Shown piece by piece: positions 51,348-63,351 of a stretch of 64,000 nt of DNA. The DNA is from Dicyema japonicum (lineage: Eukaryota; Animalia; Dicyemida). The notes under the pieces were generated by a model. The model worked only from the letters and a program-made list of their open reading frames with translations, was not told the DNA's origin and ran no database searches. Each line of letters begins with the position of its first letter. Within the stretch, counting starts at the first letter, position 1. The stretch lies in NCBI GenBank assembly GCA_011109175.1, contig RDEW01000018.1, positions 979,222 to 1,043,221 on the forward strand, given 5' to 3'. The translations under genes and the position numbers were made by a program.

Positions 51348-53039
51348 TTGTTTTATATTTAAATTGTGCTTTCATCTGTTTTTGGAAGTTTTTTATTTTA
51401 GGTTTCCCTCCAGTATTAGATTATCCCCCATTTAGATCATCAGAACAGTTCACTTTGCTCATTTTATTTGGGGGTTATTATTCTATTTTTGTATTTAATG
51501 GTGTGCTTAGTTGTTAATTGGTGGAAGGCTGAGTTGGTGACTTACACTGTTACATAACTCTATGACTTCATCTTCTCAGATAGATGTTCCCTATTGTCTT
51601 GGTTCTTAAAGACTGGAGAGACGTTGGATACTTGGACTTGCAGACTGAAATGAGACACCTCAATGTTTCCACAATTTGGAGGAACTGGCAAATCTGCTTG
51701 TGGATGATTAAGGAAATTATTGTTTAACCGTGAGGTTCTGCCTGCAGTCGATCTAATAAAAAAGGATCCCTGCCAATCGGTATTGAATTATGCCCAATCA
51801 GCCATCCCTCTTCTTAGCTGTCCCCATCATTTCTGCTACTAATGCTGTTGTAGGAAGAAAGACTAATTTCACGTAATTATTTGGTTGCTCTAATTACGTA
51901 GTATTGCGAACACGAGAATGGTTTGCTAAGGAATTCGCTTTGCAATCTTCCTAAAGGGATTTGATTCTGAATATTAGGCTTTGTTGTCCACGAACCAATT
52001 GAAAGGCTCCAAATGTGTTTGGTCAATGAAAGTAACTCCTGTTCCCTTCTTAATGCACTTGAGGGGGTTATTAGAGATCTNGTTGTAGGAAGAAAAACTA
52101 ATTTCACGTAATTATTTGGTTGCTCTAATTACTTAGTATTGCGAACACGAGAATGGTTTGCTAAGGAATTCGCTTTGCAATCTTCCTAAAGGGATTTGAT
52201 TCTGAATATTAGGCTTTGTCGTCCACGAACCAATTGAAAGGCTCCAAATGTGTTTGGTCAATGAAAGTAACCCCTGTTCCCTTCTTAATGCACTTGGGGG
52301 TTATTAGAGATCTTATGCTTTGAAATAATGATACATCAGATCCACTAATATTTGGATCCCACATGGCCCAAATTGAAGGATCATTAATAAGAGCCATTTT
52401 TCTTGACCCGGGCACGGGAGAATGAATCTTATTATTTTGTTCGAAAATTTCTGTAATTTTATCTTTTCTATAATTTCCTTACAAAACTAACTTGAACAGA
52501 TTAAAAACAAAATTTGGAGGTATGAGTGGCTAATTAAAAAATTTTCTTAGGATTTTCGATTTTCCGGCATTTGAAGTCATTTTCTCATAATTCTTCGAAT
52601 AGGCGCCCTCTCAACGTACATTCTCAATTTTTTCCTGGTTGGGGATCTAAATATTTCGTTAAATTAAGGTGGGGATCTAAAGCTTTTGGAGATAAAATAT
52701 ATAAAGCTATGCTTAAGTGATTTTAGTTAGTGACATGTTCTATCCTCCAATTGTCTTATCGTAAATATGCCGATAGTCGCGTTAACCTGATCAAACACTC
52801 CATGTTGTCTACTGTAACAGCATACTTCACAGTGAGGTCCTCGATATCAAAGCAAGGTTAGGGACCTCAAAGACAGGATAATGCCCACGTGTCCCAAAGT
52901 TGCAGAGGTAGAAAATCATAATTTCCTAAAATAGTGTTAAAATGAAATAAACAAAATCAAATAAAGGATGATGGCCACGTGGGCAGGCCTCAAAGCTAAA
53001 GTGGCCTGAAAATGTTGTTCTTTTAAATCATCGGTAATT

Positions 53040-54330
53040 ACAATTATTATTAACCCAAGAACACCAATAGTTAATTTGACTACTAAATTAATTAAGTGAT
53101 CTCGAAGGCCTCAATCAGAATTCTCATTTTCTCCTCGTGCGCCTTCTGGGATCCAACACAACTTCTCTGTGGGCGGGGTGGTTTCGGGAATAGGAATTGG
53201 AGAGGGGTGATGTATACTCTTCTCATAAGACACGTCGTGGCTGTGTATTGTTGAGAGTTGCACTGCTTGCACAGGGTAGCAAATCCCTTTCCATTTTGTC
53301 GGATAAGGTCTTCAAGTGATGAGGGTATTAGTTTTTCTAGTTTTCCGAGATTACTAATTGTAGTGGCTGTTAAGGACTGAATGTCCCGGATTCTTTGTTT
53401 GTTCGTCCAGGACAGATTGATTCCCCATGACGTACAGGCATAGCTGACAGATGGCTCAATGAATTGTTTGTACAACAATTTCAAAGCTGGGAAAGGGGTT
53501 TTAATGCCACCGAAAATAGTTTTGATTATCCCTAGCTTTCTTGAGCAGCTTCCAGAGACAGCGTCGACGTGAGATGAAAAGGACATATGTGTGTCGAAGG
53601 TGATTCCCAAGATTTTCAGTTTCTTCGTGAAAGGTATTTTTGTCTAATTGATTGGGTAGTAATCTTGAAATTGATTTGGTCCCATCCATGTATACCCGGG
53701 CCCTTCTTCCATTTATGAAGTTAGCAAGCCAAAGATTTATATTGGGTTGACGTGGGGAACAAACAATTTCCGGGTTAGAATTTTCCTTGGACAGAGTCGA
53801 AGGCCTTTTGTAAATCGATCGAGCAGACGATTGTTTTGAGGAGACGAGGATTTGTGTTAAAGCCTTCAATGATAAATTGGTTGAGGGAAGTTAGGTGGGT
53901 AGAAGTTGAATGACCCCTTCTGAATCCATGTTGTGAGGATGAAAAAGGAAGGGACGGGGTTATAAGGTTAAGAATCAATTTTTCCAATAATTTTGAGTGC
54001 ATAGTAAAGAGATTGGTCGAAATGATGCAGGATTGTTTTTAGGCTTCCCAGGCTTAAGGAAGGGACCTTATATAGGATAGTTTCCAGATAGTTGGAATTG
54101 TATTCATGTTTATTGAATTGTTGAAAATCACTGTGATTGCATCAATAGGTCCAAGGTGTTTTAGTAAGATACCAGGGATAGAATCTGGCCCACATGAGAG
54201 GGAGAAATTCATCTCCTTCAAATTCTCACTGAGATCTGAATGAGAGATGAAGTTAATCGGCTGTGTTCTCTTTGGTCTTATTGAGGATAAAAAAGGCCCA
54301 TCCATTTTCCTGAAAGGTTTGTGGCTTATG
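53040..54330 (-). mobile_element. Second copy (RT and 3' end) of the LINE family at 41.8-44.6 kb
   Basis: SQHGFRRGHST, DLQKAFD, LGITFDTHM and IKTIFGGIK are shared with the 42-43 kb copy. Confidence 0.9.
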
Positions 54331-54470
54331 TTGGCTTAATATTTCATGAGCTTGTTAAGACTGTGCTAATCCGTCTGTTATCTTTTAAAATTTCCGTTTG
54401 GTAATTACAATTGTCTTATTGTCAGCTCAAAGAAATACCTTCTACTTTGATGACGTAAGAATTTATACTA

Positions 54471-56160
54471 CAGTGGTGACACATTTATATGGGATAAAAA
54501 ATTATATGGGACGAGACAAAATGTATAAATGGGACACTAACCAATTTATTAACATTGTTTGCCTTTTTTTAGTAAATTTAAATAAATTATTTAACAATTT
54601 TAAAAATATTGCTAAAATTATCCCACTTTATTTAACAAACAATAAAAAAAGTTAATATATTTAATAATCAACAACCTTCCTCGCCTGCCTGTTCGCCAGC
54701 CTCCTTAGGCAGGTTCGATTCTGGTTGCTGAAACAACTCCGAGAGCGCCTTGTCCAATTGAACCCTCTGCCCATAAGGCATCTCAGGGCTCTGCCTCCTA
54801 TACTCCAGTGTCAGGCTCTCTAGGGTCCGCTTTAACACAGTGGAGTGTAGATAGGCCTGGAGCTTCCTATCTACCCCCAACGTTGTTATTAACCTTATGA
54901 CGTCAAACAAGAGAAATGAACTTGATTTTAATACCAAAAACAAGATTGCTGAGGAAATCATAGAACAAAAAAGTTCTTATAGAGTAATTGCCCAACGATA
55001 TGGAACTAACAAAACAGTCGTGGGAAGAATAGCTAAGAATTTAGACAAATATACAAATTTCGATAACAGGCACGTTATCCGAACAAAATATATTCCAAGA
55101 TTTGGTTCTTTGAACGAGTATTTGATTGGGGCCATTTCAAAATTAAGATCGCTTAATGTGGCTCTCAGCTATTTTAACATTAAAGTACTTAAACATAATG
55201 ATAATTCACTCAAGGGTGGAAAACAGTGGTTTTCATCATTCAAATGTCATAATATGAAATATAAACGGTTATCTAGAGAAGCTGCAAGTGCTGATCATGA
55301 ATCTGCATTCATATTTGCAGAATCATTTTATCTAAATCGTGCTTATTCTCCAGAAAATATTTATAACTGTGATAAAACATGCATATATTTGAGGGGGCAA
55401 CACAGATATTCGTATGTACTACAGTCATCAAATGCAATGAAAAAAGACAGTGAAAAAATTACAGCATTGTTTTGTTGTTCAATGAATGAGGAATTTGCAA
55501 TCTATTATTTAATGGTAAAAGTAAAAATCCTCGGTGCTTTAAGCAATATGATCTTAAAGCAAACAATATTAAATATGTCGCAAATAAGACAGCTTGGTTA
55601 ACGAAAGACATTTTTTATATATTAATGAACTGAATAATAATTTTATTATAGAAAATCGACACATTCTTTTGTTAATGGACAATTTTAGCGGTCATAATTT
55701 TGAAGAGCCAAGTAATATCAAATTTAATTTCATTCCTCCAAATACCAGTTCAGTAGTTCAACCTTTAGATATGGGAATTATTAAAGTAAATACAAAGCTC
55801 AACTTTAACAGAATTTAATCTTTGGGAATGTGAGGAAGTTGTAAAATTGATTGATAGCATATTTTGGATTAAAGAAGTTGTAAAGTTAATTTTTAAAGAC
55901 ACTGTTATTAATTGTTAGAAAAAAGCTGGTTTGTACTATGAAGAAGTAGATCCTGACAATATGGTGTTAGAAGATATTGAATTCAGTGAGCCTTTGGAAA
56001 ATGAATCTGAAAATGTGAATGAATCAATAATCTTCAATCCCGAAATAACCCTTGAAGAAAGAATTGACCAAAATGATAAACCGTTTACATATGAAGATTT
56101 AAAAAAATAAGAATTAGACTTGGATCTCGAAAAATTGATGTATGAATACGTTTATTTGAT
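54471..56160 (+). mobile_element. Tigger/pogo transposon remnant (HTH-CENPB and DDE); right end not identified
   Basis: Putative TIR TA|CAGTGGTGACAC; YRVIAQRYGTNKTVVGRI, KQWFSSFK, NIYNCD, LLLMDNFSGH, PPNTSSVVQPLDMGII. Confidence 0.85.
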
Positions 56161-56939
56161 GAGGTTTGAATCCAAATTAAATAAAGCTTCAATTAATTGG
56201 AATTCCTAGGTCACCAAAAAAAAGAATAAAGTATAGGCACTAGTTACGGTGCCCCCAGTTCCCACAATTAGGAGCGCTACCTTAGGTCTTCTGTTCTACC
56301 CACCGCTGCTTGGAAACGCCTCCTCTTGTGTTGTAAAGAAATTGATTTGGGAAGATAACTTTTGGGCCAAACGACTTTCCGTTATTTGGGACAGATATAG
56401 GCGAAACGGGTTTCTGCCCTCTTCGCAAAAGCGGGGGAATTCATCTCAACAGCTACTGGTCTTATCTTCCTTGAGTAGAGAATCGATCCATAGATTTGTA
56501 TTGGTAAACTGAACTGATTCAGCGGAGTAGTGAATCAGACAGCGAGGATCCCCATGGGTTGAAAGTCAACTACTTAAGCGATCCCAACTTCTAGTAACTC
56601 CTAGACTTTTTCAAGCAATACGCCAACGATTCCACCGCTTTTTATAAGTGTCTCTTATAATATCTGCAGAACTCGATGGGGGTCTCCTTCATCAGGACTG
56701 ATCAAGATTCCTCCGTTTTAGATTGAATTTTCTTAGTACAATCTTTTCGATTAGTGTCGACTGAGACCACTTGGAATTAAGTTTCCTTTCAATAGACCTC
56801 ACAGAAGTGGGCTAACAAAAGTCGACTTTTTGATGTGACCTGTTAAAAAATGAGAGAATATAAGGAGAACTATTATCTTATGGTTTTATTCAAAATCCAG
56901 AGGATCCACTTAAATCCTTGTGTTTGCAATGTGAAACAA

Positions 56940-58200
56940 TAAGAGTTATTAATTTCTTTCATTTCCCCCTGTCCTGGGCAACGTGTAAGGCGTCAAAGTC
57001 GTCCCAGCTTTTTAATTATTTCCCCAATCTCCGAAGGTCTCTATCCAGCGTAACCGGGAGAGTATTTCTCGGGCGCCCCCTGAAACAAGGTCTGTCAGCT
57101 TCGAAATAGTCCTGCATGGCAGTATTTGTTGGTGCCTCCAAATCTATTTTTAAAATGTGTCCGAATAGTCTCCACCTGCATACCGTTGTTTCTATTGAGA
57201 TAGGTTTGCTTGATGTCCTGGTATAAACATTTTGCTTCTGAGTTTTGAATACCATGTCAAGGATAGAGTATGTTGAAGCTGATCTTTATGGAACGAGTCT
57301 AAACTGTGATTGTCCGTATCAGAAATTCCCCATGTTCCGGCATTGTAGAGGAGAATAGGCTTCACGAATTGTATTTACTTCTACATGTACGGACTCAGTA
57401 GCATAATCCGTGTTGTGCACTCAATCCCTTACGCTTTAGCCAATTTTCCTTTAGGCTACGCAGTGCACTGTTTGCATGTGTTTTCGGCATAATTACGTCT
57501 TGTTCGTCTCCCAATAACGATCCGAGTTTCTTTACTTTTCTCTAATGTTATCCAGCTTGGATTTTTGTCTGACTAGTTCAGTCAATTCTGTTTTCTCCAC
57601 ATTTACATTGAGGGACCATGAAATGATAGCCCAATAGTTCCTCTTCTAGCCCATAGTGCACTTGTGTTCCCCGCAAGCATCCAACTGTAGCTTTGCATTT
57701 TATCAGATCGTCGCATAGTGCTGTTCTCTTCCATGACTGTGTGANCTGACTAGTTCAGTCAATTCTGTTTTCTTCACATCTACATTGAGGGACTATGAAA
57801 TGATAGCCCAATAGTTCCTCTTCTAGCCCATAGTGCAGTTTTGTTCCCCGCAAGCATCCAACTGTAACTTTGTATTTTATCAGATCGTCGCATAGTGCTG
57901 TTCTCTTCCATGACTGTGTGAGCCCTCTGACATTAAATGTGAGTAGCGAGAAAGATGAATCCACAAGTTTCCTGTACTTTTCGGACATATTGTAAAAAGC
58001 CACGTCCCAGCTCAACCAAAAAATGGCATGAGGTACAAATAATATAACAATTAAAGATATTTTGACGATTATCTCTTCCATGACTGTGTGAGCCCTCTGA
58101 CATTACATGTGAGTAGCGAGAAAGATGAATCCACGAGTATCCTGTACTTTTCGGACATATTGTAAAAAGCCACGTCCCAGCTCAACCAAAAAATGGCATG
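56940..58200 (-). mobile_element. Internally deleted RTE/RTE-X LINE (APE start and RT terminus)
   Basis: LLTFNVRGL...KYKVTVGCL (APE) at 57.8-58.0 kb; RWRLFGHILK..FRGRPR at 57.0-57.2 kb. Confidence 0.8.
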
Positions 58201-58328
58201 AGGTACAAATAATATAACAATTAAAGATATTTTGACGATTACTGTAATTTGAATGTAAAAATCGACACAACGGGGTTTTCTATCTTCAACGAATTTGAAT
58301 TATAGTAGGTTTCCCGACCATTAACGTA

Positions 58329-58780
58329 ACTTTCCTCGATCAATAGCGTCACTTTCTAATCATTTACATGGGACAAGGGTAAATATATTTTTGGATAAAA
58401 AACATCTTAAAACTCATTATGATGTCGGATTTTCAGTATCCTATAGATCAAATCAAGGAAGAGCTATTTCAGGATTTTCTACCTATATTCATGTAGGGAC
58501 CAGCAGAACCAGAAATTGCATCAGTGATTAATTTTTATAAAATCCTTAAAAAATCTTTGTTATGAAGAGGGAATTGAAGACCCGGTATCTTTGATAATGC
58601 CTGTATTCATCATTTTTGGACAAGCCATGTTCCATTACCCCTTACTCGTCATTTTTTAATACAATTGATAATTTATTCAGTACGTGGAAAAACAATGTTT
58701 ACAAAAATGTTGAAATGAGAAAATTAAAAAAAATTTGTTTTTATTCTTAAAAATTCAGTGACGCTATTGATCGAGAAAGT
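58329..58780. mobile_element. MITE-like element bounded by ~24-bp inverted repeats
   Basis: ACTTTCCTCGATCAATAGCGTCACT (58329-58353) versus AGTGACGCTATTGATCGAGAAAGT (58757-58780). No TSD resolved. Confidence 0.6.
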
Positions 58781-58938
58781 GGCGTTTTTAAATTTAAATT
58801 TATTGATCCAAAAAACACCGTCATAGCCAGAATGAAAAAATTCAGGTGATCCCGGACTCCCCTAGCAATCTTCGCATGTTCTGAGTTGAAGGAAATGTCG
58901 TCTAGAGAAACTCCTCTGGATGGTTGTTGACTAATGAC

Positions 58939-59235
58939 GAAAAGTGACCTTGAGGGTCGACAATCTCTATAATATACCATTCGAAAATATAGTTTCTTGT
59001 GCAACTGATGGTGCAATGGCCATGGTCGAAAATATTGTGGATTTTTACATTTTTAAACAAAAATGCCCAAATGCAATATTTGTAAAATGAAAAGTGACGT
59101 TGAGGGTCGAGAATCTCTATAATATACCATTCGAAAATATAGTTTCTTGTGCAACTGATGGTGCAATGGCCATGGTCGAAAATATTGTGGATTTTTACAT
59201 TTTTAAACAAAAATGCCCAAATGCAATATTTGTAA
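58939..59235. repeat. 150-bp direct tandem duplication
   Basis: Copies start at 58939 and 59089. Confidence 0.9.
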
Positions 59236-59252
59236 ATTTTATAAATATAATC

Positions 59253-59760
59253 TAACCAGATTCTCAAGACACAAGGCGATCAACGGAATTGTCAAGCGAG
59301 CCCTGGAGTCTGCGGGATACCCCGCCATACTTGAACCTGTTAGCCTGGACAGAGGAAACGGAAAACGTCCCTACGGGATCACAATTTTCCCATTCAAATA
59401 GGGGAGACTTTTGGTCTGGGACGCTACTTGTGTCGACCCACTTTGCCCGTCCAACATTGTCGGGAGCGCGGTAGACACACTGTATGCCGCGGAAAAAAAC
59501 GATGAGGGCAAAGGAGAATAAATACGAAGCGCTACGCGACCGTTTCACGTTCTATCCGATTGTGGTCGAGACAACTGGAGGAATAAGTAGAAAATCGCTT
59601 CGCTTCCTAAAGAAACTTGGACACCTAGCTACACTAAAAAGCCACGACGCACGTGAGGCCCGGTGGCTTCTCCAGTTGATCTCTGTTGCAATCGTGAGAG
59701 GCAACGCGACATCGATAATGTCGGCGGGAGCCTCTTTGGATGTGTTAATAAATTATTTAT
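59253..59760 (+). mobile_element. 5'-truncated CRE-like retrotransposon (RLE domain)
   Basis: RHKAINGIVKRAL..EPVSLDRGNGKRP.G, WDATCVD, KYEALR..FYPIVVET.G, ISVAIVRGNA. Confidence 0.88.
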
Positions 59761-60299
59761 GTGTTTTTGATAAATTGAATTCAATCATCTACCGGGGGAC
59801 ATTTTAGTTTCTTTGATTTTTATGATAATGAACATAACGACCAAGATATGTGGCCCACCTACCAAATTTAAATGAGGATAAGATTCTACGATTTAGTTAA
59901 TTGGAATATTGAAGGATGGATGATAAATCCGTGGTTATCATCCGGGTTTGATGCTAAAGANCGATAATGTCGGCGGGATCCTCTTTGGGTGTGTTAATAA
60001 ATTATTTATGCGGTTTTGATAAATTGAATTCAATCATCTACCGGGGGACATTTTAGTTTCTTTGATTTTTTTGATAATGAATATAACGACCAAGATATGT
60101 GGCCCACCTACCAAATTTAAATGAGGATAAAATTCTACGATTTAGTTAATTGGAATATTGAAGGATGGATGATAAATCCGTGGTTATCATCCGGGTTTGA
60201 TGCTAAAGAAGAAATACAAGAACTGATTGAATTAAAAAAATAAAAACTTAAAATTCAATTTAAAAATGAATCAATTTCTCACTGTTGTACGTTTAATAT

Positions 60300-60420
60300 T
60301 ATCAAACTACGATTCCCTAAATTATGTGAAAAATCTTCTATATTGTTGTGTTCTCCGACATCATATTGCGTTAAAAAAAGGATTTAGTTTACTTAACCAA
60401 ATGATGAGTGACAAGTGAAC
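60300..60420 (+). mobile_element. hAT C-terminal dimerisation-domain fragment
   Basis: FPKLCEK..LLCSPTSYCVKKGFS resembles the P.L..A..L..P.SY.CE.GFS motif. Confidence 0.5.
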
Positions 60421-60769
60421 AATTTTAATATCTCCGAAAAAGCTTTACAAAAAGAATCCCAAATATAGAGAATCTGGTATCCTTCACAAAAAGTCAAGGG
60501 TCACATTAACATTTTTTTAAATAAAAAATAATAATTTAGAATTACTATCTATAATTATTATAGAAAAATTTAGGGTCGATACAAAAAAAAGGTTGAGAAA
60601 CATTGGTATAGACGAATTAAGGTTTCCAGAGTGTTTGGTGTAGCTATTTCCTTCATGACTCGATATATCAAAATTACCAAGAACCACACAAAGACGCCAT
60701 ACAAATATTTAATATTTAAATTTATAATTAAATATAAATTTTAAATTGTATTAACTAGCTTAATTTTAA

Positions 60770-61909
60770 ATGACAAATCATGCATGTAATATTAATTATC
60801 CTTTAACTGCCAAAATTGCTAAATCCCTTCTTCATAAACTCCCCCGAGGAGTCGGGGAGAGCTACCCGGCCTGGTAACATCTTGACTAATAACCCAAAGT
60901 TTTGTCGTCTTTTACTTTGTAACCTCATTGCTCGACGTCCTGGGGGAACTCCAAGAAATCGACACTCCCAAGCTTTCCAAGTATATTATGAAACACCACG
61001 TGTCCACCCCCAGAGGTCTGAGTCTTCATTTATATAGGGGCTGGATTTGTGGGCTCATTGGGGGAACTGATGACTAATGACAGAGATGAGCACGTGGGTG
61101 GGATAGTTGATATAGCAATGACCTATTGTGCCTTGATATGTCTTTGCAGTCTTAATGCTGATTTGTCCTTGTTGGATAGAAAAGCTATTCTCACCCACGT
61201 GGCCAGTTTACAACAGCCAGATGGGAGTTTTATGTCTGCTTGTGAAGGAAATAGCGCTGATTTACGATTCACTTTCTGTGCGGTCTCGATTTGCTCGATT
61301 CTTCAGGGATTTGAAAGTATCAACATCGAAGCTGCCTACAAATTCATCACAGACTGTTTGGTGGACCCCATTTATGATTGTAGTCCTATGAGGGTGGATT
61401 TGGCTTCATTCCTTTCTCGGAGGCCAATGGTGGAGCCACATTTTGTGCTTTGGCCTCACTGTTTATGCTTGGCAAGCTGGATTGCTTCTATGAGAACTTC
61501 ACCAACAGCAGAAAACTGCTCGTTAGGTGGCTAGTGAGGAGACAGGTCGGTGGGTTTAACGGGAGACCAAACAAGGACGCTGATAGCTGTCAGTCTTTCT
61601 GGATTGGGTCCTCAATGCACGTTTAAAGGAATTTTATTGCTAGATTTTGGGGTGCTTGGAGTTTGTAGACCTGGAGAGCAATTTTGAGTTCCTTTCTGAG
61701 TGCAGCTGTAGGAACGGTGGACTCTCCAAATTTCCCGAAGGTTCTTTTGGTATGGAATGCTTCTTATTTGAGATTTGATGCATACTCACTTCTCGTTGTT
61801 TGGAATTTCCTTCCTCCACTGTCCTCCTGATTTGTCCTCTGTGTGTCCTCATCTTATATCCACGGAAAATGCATTTAAACACTCCTTTAGTTCGTTCTAT
61901 TATCAGTAA
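60770..61909 (+). CDS. PGGT1B: Geranylgeranyltransferase type I beta subunit, 5 introns (22-26 nt)
   Basis: IAMTY..L..L..DLS, QPDGSF, DLRFTFCA, SYEGGFG..EANGGATFCALASL, GFNGRPNKDADSCQSFW, GGLSKFP, D|LMH. Confidence 0.92.
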
Positions 61910-61939
61910 TTTTGAATTTGTCAAAAAAAGTGGGAGTGT

Positions 61940-62700
61940 TTGGAATTAGAAGTTTATATGTACTTTGCTGTGTCTCGGGGGAGATCTTTTTGTTCTTCCA
62001 CGGGAGGTTATAACCAGAAATATTTTGTCTTGCACAATACTTCTTTAGAGACCAGTAGGTTGATCTAAGGCGTTGGACGTATGATAACGAAGCCAGTGTA
62101 CAGGTCTGTCATCAGATGAAGATGAGGGAATATATCCATAAGACGTTGACATTTTTGGGGGAGCCACTTTCTAGTTAAATATGCAGTCCTCGACGAACTG
62201 ATTCCAGTTCCTAGGTTCATAGTGAGACACATCTTTTTCAAACACCACGTGCATTTTTATCCACCATTGTGGGGGTACTCCAACAGAGAAAGCTAGGAAC
62301 TGGGAGGTCTCTTTGGATAGGTGGATCACATGACGCCTCTAGGAATTATCTATGTTTTGTCCACACATACGGCCCTTGAAAACAACAAAATATTTGGTCA
62401 CGGACCTCATGAGATCATCGCTTCAGAAATGCAGTTCCCGATGACCGTCAGAGAGAGAATCGCGTGGTCCCTGGTTGAAGTAAAGTTCGAGATCTTTTTG
62501 CTTCCCACTGACACTAGGATTCGACTTGAAAGTAAAGGATCTTTGTGTTTACCTGTCTTGACGTGTTCCCAACTCCTCGCCAGTTTTCTACATGTTAGCG
62601 AAGCTGAGGTGAACAATCCAATTTCTCCCAGGTTTAGGTAGAACCAGACTCAAACTCGGAACGTCAGGAGTTTTTTAGTTCCAGAAACTATCTGAATCCG
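61940..62700 (-). CDS. Probable intron-containing gene of unrecognised family, convergent with PGGT1B
   Basis: Coding-like GC content. Two 24-nt GT-AG introns remove in-frame stops and join RHVIHLSK..PPQWWIKMHVVFEK..RNWNQF|KVAPP..HWLRYHT..PT|DKIF..HINF*. 5' exons are ambiguous. Confidence 0.45.
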
Positions 62701-63351
62701 TCATTTATTTAAGTAAGAAAAGGCATGAATCGATAAAAACATTGTGGCATATATCAATAAGCCATATTTGAGGCGATTACAAACCAGCACAAAATATCTG
62801 CAATGCTTCATTAATAAAGAGAGCCCTCGTTTTCTTCTTTATGAGCATAAGTGACTCAGAAAACATGTAATAATAACAACAGAACGTATAAATATATATC
62901 TCAGCGGAAGTCAAACAATTTTGTCAAAGCCTAGCAACTTGTGATAGCCAATAATTTTAAACTACGGAAAGTCTACCACACGAATCCCTTAAAATCTCCC
63001 ATGCTAAACAAAAGGATACAAAAGCCGCACATATTAACGGCTAACAAGATCCCATCTATACTGCTTAAAGCAAAGTCACCAAGTAAATTCCCGACCAGGA
63101 AACCACCCATTAACAATTTCCCATTAAAACCACAAAAACAGCCAAATAGNCACACATATTGACGGCTAACAAGATCCCATCTATACTGCTTAAAACAAAG
63201 TCACCAAGTAAATTCCCAACCAGGAAACCACCCATTAACAATTTCCTATTAAAACCACAAAAACAGCCAAATAGAGAGAACTAATGGAAATCGACAAAAA
63301 CAAATTAATATTGATAATCCTAATCCCAACTAAAGTAAATAAATAGTCAGT

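Noticed and set aside
28424-59235. N-free tandem duplications of 173, 158, 141, 155 and 150 bp as a possible biological amplification mechanism
   Set aside because: Unit sizes cluster near short-read length in an assembly full of overlap artefacts, so gap-filling error is more likely. Long reads would decide.
61940-62450. In-frame TAG/TGA codons suggesting readthrough, selenocysteine or a variant genetic code
   Set aside because: Most are removable by micro-introns, and all three stop codons terminate conserved genes in the window. One TGA near 62425 remains unresolved because the exon model is ambiguous.
6977-63275. Near-identical 100-250 bp direct repeats beside most single Ns (7207, 9793, 11148, 17353, 19543, 20794, 33213, 40823, 43952, 45997, 52081, 57745, 59961, 63150)
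   Set aside because: This pattern fits unmerged overlapping contig ends or haplotypes, not real duplications.
62720-63340. Hydrophobic minus-strand ORF with DGILLAVN resembling a SWEET transporter
   Set aside because: No consistent spliced model or start was found. G/T-rich DNA yields hydrophobic ORFs by chance, and the region is duplicated across an N.
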